From the IMG/VR virus record IMGVR_UViG_3300032245_001763, positions 1-64,000 of that record: a DNA stretch of 64,000 nt, one strand, 5' to 3'. The DNA is from a virus. Taxonomy: Duplodnaviria; Heunggongvirae; Uroviricota; Caudoviricetes. Positions 16,297-22,902 of this stretch are shown piece after piece (the first letter of the stretch is position 1; each line of letters opens with the position of its first letter). Position numbers and translations under genes: made by a program. The notes below the pieces were generated by a model, which saw only the letters and a program-made list of their open reading frames with translations, made no database searches and was not told where the DNA came from.

Positions 16297-16307
16297 AGGA
16301 TTTATAA

Positions 16308-16967
16308 ATGAAAATTGGATATAAAGCTTCGTATAATTATACTTGTAGAGATCAAAGATACGAAGTTGGTAAAACTTATGAACTTCCATGTAAACCAGAA
16401 CTTTGTAAAACAGGATTTCATTATTGTCAAGATTTGAATGATATTTTTATATATTATTCGATGAATTATAAAACAAATGTTTTTGAAATTGAAGATTTAA
16501 GTGAAGATACTGTTAATTCTAATGGAGAGAATTGTTTTTTGTTTAACAAATCTGCAACTAACAAAATGAAAATTGTTAGAGAAATTTATGATTTTGAAAT
16601 TGTTGAAAACTTACGTTTAAAACATTATTGGGAAAAAGGAAATATTCCTTTTTGTGAAGAAGTAAAGTTGTTAACCTATAAAGCCATAGGTGGTTATTGG
16701 ATAACTAAAATATATAATCATATTAATGATCCAATTTTTTATGTTGATTCTTTTGGGTTGATGGCTTTTTATAAAGATGTGTGTGGTGAAAATATTTCTC
16801 AAGAAATTGAAAATAAAAAATTAAATATTTTATATAAAAATAAGACAAAAGAAAAAGTTTTTAAAGAAACATATAAAACTGGTCATTTTTTAAAAGATGA
16901 TCATGATCTAGATTTTTTTAAAAATGGATTTCGAAAACAAATGTTAGATTCATTAAGTTTTAAGTAG
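16308..16967 (+). CDS. GFHYC-domain family protein (divergent C-terminus, few repeats)
   Basis: N-terminus MKIGYKASYNYTCRDQRYEVGKTYELPCKPELCKTGFHYC. Confidence 0.6.
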   Translation: MKIGYKASYNYTCRDQRYEVGKTYELPCKPELCKTGFHYCQDLNDIFIYYSMNYKTNVFEIEDLSEDTVNSNGENCFLFNKSATNKMKIVREIYDFEIVENLRLKHYWEKGNIPFCEEVKLLTYKAIGGYWITKIYNHINDPIFYVDSFGLMAFYKDVCGENISQEIENKKLNILYKNKTKEKVFKETYKTGHFLKDDHDLDFFKNGFRKQMLDSLSFK

Positions 16968-16980
16968 AAAGTAATAGAAG

Positions 16981-17604
16981 ATGAAAATTGGATATAAAGC
17001 TACATATGATTTTACTTGTCGTCATCACAAGTTTGAAATTGGTCAAATTTACGAATTGTCAGAAAAACCAATTATGTGTTCACGTGGATTTCATTATTGT
17101 AAAGATGCTAAAAATACGTTAAGACACTACAATTACAATAGTCGATTCAAATTGTTAGAAATTGAAGATTTGGGTTTATATACGATTGAACGATCTGATA
17201 AATCTTGTACAAATAAGATAAGAATTATTAGAGAAATTAATGATCCAAATGAATTAATTCAATTACTTGAAGAACATAGAACTTTTAATGAAAATGGCAA
17301 GGAATTAACATATAAAAATTCCACTGGATATTGGCACGAATACACATATGACCAAGATGGCAAGGAATTAACATTTAAAGATTCCAATGAATATTGGCAT
17401 GAATATACATATGATCAATATGATCAAATATTGACGTATAAAGATTCTACTGGATATCAGTACGAATTTACATATGATAAAGACGGTAATAAATTGACAT
17501 ATAAAGATTCTGATAATTACACTTATAATTATACTTATAATAATTATACTTGTGATCAAGGTGAATATGCAATAGAAAGTAATAAAAATGAAAATTGGAT
17601 ATAA
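16981..17604 (+). CDS. GFHYC-domain plus MORN-variant repeat family protein
   Basis: N-domain MKIGYKATYDFTCRHHKFEIGQIYEL...GFHYC...LLEIEDLG...TNKIRIIREI, followed by GKELTYKNSTGYWHEYTYDQD-type repeats. Confidence 0.65.
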   Translation: MKIGYKATYDFTCRHHKFEIGQIYELSEKPIMCSRGFHYCKDAKNTLRHYNYNSRFKLLEIEDLGLYTIERSDKSCTNKIRIIREINDPNELIQLLEEHRTFNENGKELTYKNSTGYWHEYTYDQDGKELTFKDSNEYWHEYTYDQYDQILTYKDSTGYQYEFTYDKDGNKLTYKDSDNYTYNYTYNNYTCDQGEYAIESNKNENWI

Positions 17605-18436
17605 GGGTACATATGATTTTATTTGTCGTGATCATAAGTTTGAAATTGGTCAAACTTATGAATTGCCTAATAAACCCATTTTGTGTAAATATGGTTTTCA
17701 TTATTGCAAGAATGTTTTAGATGTATTAAGTTACTATAATTTAAAACCAAGTTTTAAATTATTAGAAATTGAAGATTTAGGTCACTCTATAACGGATTCA
17801 GATAAAACAGTTACCAATAAGTTGCGTGTTATTCGTGAGGTTCCAGTAGAAGAATTAAATTTGCTTTTTAATTGTAAAATTGAATTTGATTCAAATAAAA
17901 TTACTATCACACAACCAGATGGTTCTTGGAGTTATTTTATTTTTAATGAAAAAAACAATGGAATTTATCATGAAGATTCAACTGGTTTTTGGAGAAAAAA
18001 GTCATACGATGAAAATGATAATTTAGTTAAATTTGAAAATTCGGATGGTGATTATTACAAGCATGAATATAATGAACATGGTAATGAAATTTATTTTGAA
18101 TCATCAACTGGATTTTGGGAAAAGAAAACTTATAATGAGTTTCAAAGTTTAACTTATCTTGAAAATTCAAGAGGCGAATGGATCAAGTATTCATATGATT
18201 CAAAAAACAATTTTCTTTCTGAAGAAAGATCAAATGGAATTTGGATTAAAAACAAATATGATGAAAATAATAATGAAATTTATCATGAAGATTCGTATAG
18301 AACATGGATAAAAAGTAAATATGATTCTAAAAATAATTTGATTTTTCAAGAATCTTCTTATAATAATTGGTTTGAAAATAAAGTTATAATATTTTTTTAT
18401 TTAATAAAATATTGTTTTAGAAAGCTCATAAAATGA
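17588..18436 (+). CDS. GFHYC-domain plus MORN-variant repeat family protein
   Basis: Same N-domain; C-terminal repeats G.W.K..YDENNN. Confidence 0.65.
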   Translation: MKIGYKGTYDFICRDHKFEIGQTYELPNKPILCKYGFHYCKNVLDVLSYYNLKPSFKLLEIEDLGHSITDSDKTVTNKLRVIREVPVEELNLLFNCKIEFDSNKITITQPDGSWSYFIFNEKNNGIYHEDSTGFWRKKSYDENDNLVKFENSDGDYYKHEYNEHGNEIYFESSTGFWEKKTYNEFQSLTYLENSRGEWIKYSYDSKNNFLSEERSNGIWIKNKYDENNNEIYHEDSYRTWIKSKYDSKNNLIFQESSYNNWFENKVIIFFYLIKYCFRKLIK

Positions 18437-19053
18437 AAGTTGGATATAAGGCAACATATAATTATATGTGTCGTGGATTTAAGTATGAAATTGGTAAAAC
18501 TTATGAAATCGAAGGCAAATCAGAATTGTGCGAACGTGGATTTCATTATTGCGAATTACCACATCAAACACTTGCTTTTTATCCTATAAATCCTTATTTT
18601 AAATTACTTGAAATACAAGATTTAGGTAACACTAAAATAGATAAACAAAAGTGTTCTACAAATAAAATTAAAATATTAAGAGAAATAGAAAATGTTGGCA
18701 CATTAAGCACTGCATTACATGGAATGCATGATGCAATATACAAAAATGACAAAAATTATATTGTTTCATCTGGTCTATTTTCAAAATTTAAAGATATAGA
18801 AGAATTTTCATATACAGATATGTCTATGACTTTTGAGAAAAAAATTAAACTTGATTCAAATTATAGAATTATTGAAGAAGAATCTGATAATTACAAGTAT
18901 AGATTTTTTCATACAAAAAATAAAACATACAAATTTTATTATGATAATTTTCCATCAAAGTGCATTTCATATATTGATTACTTTTTTATTAAAATGTTTA
19001 ATAAAGAATCTGTTTATGTTAATAATGGGTCTATTATAGAGTGTGAAAAATGA
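18433..19053 (+). CDS. GFHYC-domain family protein (repeat-poor)
   Basis: MKVGYKATYNYMCRGFKYEIGKTYEIEGKSELCERGFHYC. Confidence 0.6.
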   Translation: MKVGYKATYNYMCRGFKYEIGKTYEIEGKSELCERGFHYCELPHQTLAFYPINPYFKLLEIQDLGNTKIDKQKCSTNKIKILREIENVGTLSTALHGMHDAIYKNDKNYIVSSGLFSKFKDIEEFSYTDMSMTFEKKIKLDSNYRIIEEESDNYKYRFFHTKNKTYKFYYDNFPSKCISYIDYFFIKMFNKESVYVNNGSIIECEK

Positions 19054-20111
19054 AAACAGGATATATTCCAACATATAAAACATTTAATATAAATGATATC
19101 ATTGATTCTAAATTTACTTATTATAAAGATCCTTATGATTTATCTGAAGTAAGTATTTATAATGAAAATTTTCATTTATATGAAATTGAAGATCTTGGTC
19201 AAACTAAACCAAGCATGTTTAACAATGATTTTTTTACTAATAAAATAAAAATATTAAGAGAAGTTACCAACAAAATTGAATTAGAATCTTTGATTGGTAA
19301 AGTTGAATTGAAAAATGATTTATATACAAAATATTTTCGTGATATGTATGTTAAATACAAATTTGATGAAAATAATAATTGTATTTATTTCGAATATCGA
19401 AATGGTTATTGGTTAAAAAATCAATATGATGAAAGAAATAATAAAATTCATTTTAAAGATTCAAATGGTTACTGTATCGAATATAAATATGATGAAAGAA
19501 ATAATAAAATTTATTCCGAAAGTCCAAATGGTGTTTGGGAAAAACATGAATATGATGAAAGAAATAATAAAATTTATTATGAAAATTCAGATGGTACTTG
19601 GTTCAAAACTCAATTTGATGAAAGAAATAATTGTGTTTATTATGAACATTCAAAAGGTGATTGGGAAAAATGTGAATATGATGAAAACAATAATAAAGTA
19701 AGTTCTGAAACTTCAAGTGGCTTTTGGAAAAAATATTCATATGACGAAAGAAACAATTTAGTTTATTGTGAATTAAAAGATGGATGGGTAAAATATAGAT
19801 ATGATGAACGAAATAATCCTGTTTATGTTGAGCATTCAACTGGTAATTGGATAAAAAAAGAATATGATGAACGAAACAATATGATTTACATAGAATCACA
19901 TGATGGATGGTTTAATAAAATAGGTTATAATGAATATAATCAAATAATTAGTGAATATTTAAAAGGTTATATTTTAAAAAATGTTTATGATGAATTTCAA
20001 AAAGTTAAAATTAAATCTAATGAAATAGGTAGATATTTAACAAAAAGCAAATCTGGTTTACAACAACTGACTTCCCAGTCCAGAATCACTGTAAACGACA
20101 GTCAAATTTGA
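19050..20111 (+). CDS. MORN-variant repeat protein (about 11 YDERNN.IY.E.S.G.W.K repeats) with a degenerate N-domain
   Basis: Repeats such as WLKNQYDERNNKIHFKDSNGYCIEYKYDERNNKIYSESPNG. Confidence 0.65.
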   Translation: MKTGYIPTYKTFNINDIIDSKFTYYKDPYDLSEVSIYNENFHLYEIEDLGQTKPSMFNNDFFTNKIKILREVTNKIELESLIGKVELKNDLYTKYFRDMYVKYKFDENNNCIYFEYRNGYWLKNQYDERNNKIHFKDSNGYCIEYKYDERNNKIYSESPNGVWEKHEYDERNNKIYYENSDGTWFKTQFDERNNCVYYEHSKGDWEKCEYDENNNKVSSETSSGFWKKYSYDERNNLVYCELKDGWVKYRYDERNNPVYVEHSTGNWIKKEYDERNNMIYIESHDGWFNKIGYNEYNQIISEYLKGYILKNVYDEFQKVKIKSNEIGRYLTKSKSGLQQLTSQSRITVNDSQI

Positions 20112-20252
20112 TTCTCAAAAAATTTTTAAAAAACTTTTCAAAATTCGATTCACAACACATAGATACAACCATATAATGAGATATGTTTAGAATGTTCAAG
20201 GAATTACATTAGGAAAAAATTTAAATTTCTTAAATCTTTGTCTAAACAAATT

Positions 20253-20326
20253 GCCGCTGTGCCAGAACTGGATATGGGCTACTCTTGTAAAGTAGATAAA
20301 TGTGGGTTCGAATCCCACCGGCGGCT
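20253..20326 (+). tRNA. tRNA-Thr(TGT)
   Basis: Acceptor GCCGCTG/CGGCGGC, anticodon stem CTACT/AGTAG with loop CTTGTAA, T-arm GTGGG-TTCGAAT-CCCAC. Confidence 0.65.
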
Positions 20327-20486
20327 CTTCAAAATTTTTTATTAAAAGAAAGTTATTAAAATGATCACAATGTTCACAACAATACATATAGCTACAACAA
20401 GCCCAGCTTGTGTGGAAGCGTGCGTAGTTGCTGAACCGATGGCGGAGGCGTTTATGTGATCAACGAGTTCATATGGTATGTATGAA

Positions 20487-20523
20487 AAAGCCTCGTTGGT
20501 CAAAACAACGAGGCTTTTTTTGT
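20487..20523 (+). terminator. Rho-independent terminator (12-bp stem AAAGCCTCGTTG/CAACGAGGCTTT plus T-run)
   Basis: Perfect inverted repeat followed by TTTTTTTGTT, downstream of a GC-rich patch at 20395-20460. Confidence 0.65.
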
Positions 20524-20526
20524 TAT

Positions 20527-20600
20527 AACAACTTGGCTGATTTGGTTTAGGCACCACTCTCATAAGGTGGCTTAGATGGGTTCGAATCCCATAGTTGTTA
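20527..20600 (+). tRNA. tRNA-Met/Ile2(CAT)
   Basis: Acceptor AACAACT/AGTTGTT, anticodon stem CCACT/GGTGG with loop CTCATAA, T-arm ATGGG-TTCGAAT-CCCAT. Confidence 0.65.
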
Positions 20601-20604
20601 CTTT

Positions 20605-20675
20605 CACCGATTAGTAAAATGGTATTATCTCTGTTTGACGTACAGAAGTAAAAGGTTCGATTCCTTTATCGGTGA
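20605..20675 (+). tRNA. tRNA-Val(GAC)
   Basis: Perfect acceptor CACCGAT/ATCGGTG, anticodon stem TCTGT/ACAGA with loop TTGACGT, T-arm AAAGG-TTCGATT-CCTTT. Confidence 0.65.
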
Positions 20676-20677
20676 CT

Positions 20678-20748
20678 TGATCTTTGGTGTAATGTTAGCA
20701 TAATAGCAGATGGTGCTTTAGGAAACGGTTAAATTCCGTTAAGATCAA
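20678..20748 (+). tRNA. tRNA with the unusual anticodon loop AGATGGT (anticodon ATG?, His-like); identity uncertain
   Basis: Perfect acceptor TGATCTT/AAGATCA, D-stem GTGT/GCAT, T-arm AACGG-TTAAATT-CCGTT. Confidence 0.5.
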
Positions 20749-20751
20749 TTT

Positions 20752-20970
20752 ATGTGGTATGGTGGTTCTATAAACAATTATAAATCTTCTAAACAATCTA
20801 TGTCTAAACAAAGATTAAACGCAATTAATCTTTATTTAAAAAAACATAGAAAATTAAAAGATTTTAATGCTTTAGACGAAATTCATTCTTGTCTTGAAAA
20901 TTATGATGATATCATTGTTAATCTAGATAAAAATGCATTTCCTATTCATATAAATTTTATAATCCCTTAA
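20752..20970 (+). CDS. hypothetical protein; its 3' end overlaps tRNA-Val(TAC) by 10 nt
   Basis: ORF track, 72 aa. Confidence 0.4.
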   Translation: MWYGGSINNYKSSKQSMSKQRLNAINLYLKKHRKLKDFNALDEIHSCLENYDDIIVNLDKNAFPIHINFIIP

Positions 20971-21032
20971 TCTAGCGGCTAAGAGATCACTTTTACACAG
21001 TGGTAACGTCAGTTCGAGTCTGACAGGGATTA
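20961..21032 (+). tRNA. tRNA-Val(TAC)
   Basis: Perfect acceptor AATCCCT/AGGGATT, D-stem ATCT/AGAT, anticodon stem CACT/AGTG with loop TTTACAC, T-arm GTCAG-TTCGAGT-CTGAC. Confidence 0.65.
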
Positions 21033-21048
21033 CTTGTTTTTAAATTAT

Positions 21049-21124
21049 CAGGGTGTGGGCTAATTGGTAAGCCACCTAGTTAGGGGCTAGGATATACATG
21101 GGGATTCGACTTCCCCCACCTTGA
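21049..21124 (+). tRNA. tRNA with anticodon loop TTAGGGG (AGG, Pro-like?) and an 8-nt variable region; identity uncertain
   Basis: Acceptor CAGGGTG/CACCTTG, D-stem GGCT/AGCC, anticodon stem CCTAG/CTAGG, T-arm GGGGA-TTCGACT-TCCCC. Overlaps the 3' end of the minus-strand ORF 21080-21826. Confidence 0.45.
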
Positions 21125-21826
21125 CTGTTTTAAATTAATGATGTTAGAGATAATTGTTAAAAATTCTTTAGCTTTATTTTCTTTAAAATGTTTAAAATTT
21201 GATGTGTCAATAATACAAAGTTCAATATTGTTTTCTAAGCAAGCTTGAAATTTTCTATTATCATTATTTTTAATTTGATTTAACTTATTATCACCATAAA
21301 TTGGCTCATAGTGGAAAATTCCATTTAATTCAAAAGCTAATTTTAATGATGGAATGTAAATATCAAGTTCAGAATTGATTGCATCTTTTTTGTTAAATTC
21401 AAAATAAAGTTTTGGATGAAGAATTGGTAATTGCAATTCTAACCAAAATTCTAATTTAGATCTTCTGTAACCTTTTATTTTATGTGTGTTATTATAAGTT
21501 GCAGCACAAGATTTAGAACAGAAATTATTTTTAGTAACTTTAATTTGATTTAATTGTTTGGTAAATTCTATGTTGCATTGAGCACAATTAACTTTTTGTT
21601 GAGTTATTTTTGCTAAGTTGGAACATTTTTTTGAACAGTACAAACAACCGTTTGCGTATTGCATACAGTTTTTTGAACATGGTTTTAAATGATTTTTATG
21701 TAAATTTGTTTGGGAAATATACCTTTTCTTTTTGTAAAATGTACATTTGCATTTCAAACAAATTAAAGATAAGATATCATCCGAATTTGCTAAATTAAAT
21801 TCATCAATTGAAAAGTTAGTTTGCAT
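21080..21826 (-). CDS. Cys-rich zinc-ribbon protein with a C-terminal DUF559/Vsr-like (PD-(D/E)xK-fold) domain
   Basis: N-terminal CxxC pairs (CLKCKCTF, CMQYANGCLYCSKKC, CAQC, CSKSC). C-terminus DIYIPSLKLAFELNGIFHYEP...DNRKFQACLENNIELCII matches the DUF559 core D..iP...laiE.dG..H...D..R...L...G..v.R. Confidence 0.5.
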   Translation of the reverse strand: MQTNFSIDEFNLANSDDILSLICLKCKCTFYKKKRYISQTNLHKNHLKPCSKNCMQYANGCLYCSKKCSNLAKITQQKVNCAQCNIEFTKQLNQIKVTKNNFCSKSCAATYNNTHKIKGYRRSKLEFWLELQLPILHPKLYFEFNKKDAINSELDIYIPSLKLAFELNGIFHYEPIYGDNKLNQIKNNDNRKFQACLENNIELCIIDTSNFKHFKENKAKEFLTIISNIINLKQSRWGKSNPHVYPSP

Positions 21827-21833
21827 AATTTAT

Positions 21834-21877
21834 ATAGTAGTCAGATTCGAAATTTAAATTTCGAATCTGACTACTAT
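21834..21877. other. Perfect 22-bp/22-bp inverted repeat with no loop (ATAGTAGTCAGATTCGAAATTT|AAATTTCGAATCTGACTACTAT)
   Basis: Read directly from the sequence. It sits between the 5' end of the minus-strand gene 21080-21826 and the downstream tRNA block. Confidence 0.6.
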
Positions 21878-21995
21878 GACTGGATTAAATAAAGTAATAC
21901 TTAAATTTGTTACTCTTAAAAGAAATTTCAAGAGTCGAGGCGTGTGACCAAAGCAGCGTAATGGCTTTTCTGTATACGGTAAGCAGAATTTATAT

Positions 21996-22066
21996 CAGGG
22001 TATGGTATAGTGGGAGTACAGGAGATTTGGGATCTTCTAGCAGTTGTTCGATTCAACTTACCCTGA
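21996..22066 (+). tRNA. tRNA-Pro(TGG)
   Basis: Perfect acceptor CAGGGTA/TACCCTG, anticodon stem GGAGA/TCTTC with loop TTTGGGA, perfect T-arm AGTTG-TTCGATT-CAACT. Confidence 0.7.
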
Positions 22067-22160
22067 CTTTATTAGAATGATAGAAGGAATACATTTACAA
22101 TCTCCACCAAAATTAGGGGACTAAATATCTTTTTAGACTTTGTCTAATAAATTTTTATAT

Positions 22161-22229
22161 GGGGCGTCCAACGGGTTGGTACTGTGTTTTGCACATACGG
22201 TTTTATGGGTTCAACTCCCATACGCTCCA
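22161..22229 (+). tRNA. tRNA-Ala(TGC)
   Basis: Acceptor GGGGCGT/ACGCTCC, anticodon stem TGTGT/ATACG with loop TTTGCAC, T-arm ATGGG-TTCAACT-CCCAT. Confidence 0.6.
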
Positions 22230-22246
22230 ATAATTTTTGTTTAAAT

Positions 22247-22329
22247 GGGGTCGGGGGCACTGTTGGGAGTGTCGGCTGATTTGCAATCAGTCTATTTTCG
22301 CGGGTTCGATTCCCGTCTTCTCCACTGGT
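22247..22329 (+). tRNA. tRNA-like paralogue of the two Glu tRNAs with a poor acceptor stem (pseudogene?). Anticodon loop TTTGCAA (TGC).
   Basis: D-stem GCAC/GTGT, anticodon stem GCTGA/TCAGT, T-arm GCGGG-TTCGATT-CCCGT; acceptor GGGGTCG/CTTCTCC pairs only 4-5/7. Confidence 0.35.
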
Positions 22330-22341
22330 TTAGCTTTAAAT

Positions 22342-22417
22342 GGCGTAGCAGTTGCTGTTGGTATGTAATCTCAAGCTTTCAACTTGAAGTTCGCGAGTTC
22401 GATTCTCGTCTACGTCA
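22342..22417 (+). tRNA. tRNA-Glu(TTC)
   Basis: Acceptor GGCGTAG/CTACGTC, perfect anticodon stem TCAAG/CTTGA with loop CTTTCAA, T-arm GCGAG-TTCGATT-CTCGT. Confidence 0.7.
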
Positions 22418-22432
22418 CTTGGTGTTTTAATT

Positions 22433-22508
22433 GGTGCAGTAGTTGTTGTTGGTATATAATTTTAGGCTTTCAACCTGAAGTCCACGGGTTCGATTCCCGT
22501 CTGCATCA
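22433..22508 (+). tRNA. tRNA-Glu(TTC), paralogue of the previous gene
   Basis: Acceptor GGTGCAG/CTGCATC, anticodon stem TTAGG/CCTGA with loop CTTTCAA, T-arm ACGGG-TTCGATT-CCCGT. Confidence 0.7.
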
Positions 22509-22511
22509 TAA

Positions 22512-22545
22512 AAGAGGAATGATTTAAATCATTCCTATTTTTTTA
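22512..22545 (+). terminator. Rho-independent terminator closing the tRNA block (AGGAATGATTT/AAATCATTCCT plus T8)
   Basis: Perfect 11-bp stem followed by TATTTTTTTATT. Confidence 0.7.
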
Positions 22546-22599
22546 TTGAAATTTTTAAAAAATTTTGTAATTTTGTAATTAAAATTACTATAATATAAC

Positions 22600-22902
22600 A
22601 TGAGTAAAATACCAATTTCAATAAGATTAGAAGAAGAAACTATAAATTTATTAAAAGTTGCTGCAATGCAAGAAGCATTGCGACGTGGTAATTATGATTT
22701 AAACTATATTAATTTAATAGAAGAGGCGATTCATGAAGCATATGATGAATCTTTATTTAAAGAAGCAAAGGTAAAAATTTCTGAAAATGCTAAATGTTTG
22801 AAAAATATAATTAAGAAAAATAAAAATAATGGCAAAATTGAATTAGTTAATGACAACACTATAGACAAAGCATTTGTTGATAGCCTTTTAGGAAGCAAAT
22901 GA
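22600..22902 (+). CDS. hypothetical protein
   Basis: ORF track, 100 aa; ATGA overlap with the next gene. Confidence 0.5.
   Translation: MSKIPISIRLEEETINLLKVAAMQEALRRGNYDLNYINLIEEAIHEAYDESLFKEAKVKISENAKCLKNIIKKNKNNGKIELVNDNTIDKAFVDSLLGSK

Noticed and set aside
17368-17701. His/Phe/Ile-rich antisense or alternate-frame ORFs inside GFHYC/MORN genes (17368-17559, 17468-17701, 18833-19039, 19426-19701, 19603-19899, 27752-27973, 28422-28724, 33831-34133, 49891-50136, 48920-49159, 49621-49803)
   Set aside because: These are low-complexity reverse or shifted-frame readings of the YDERNN-repeat DNA, and each is fully nested in a strongly supported sense-strand family member.
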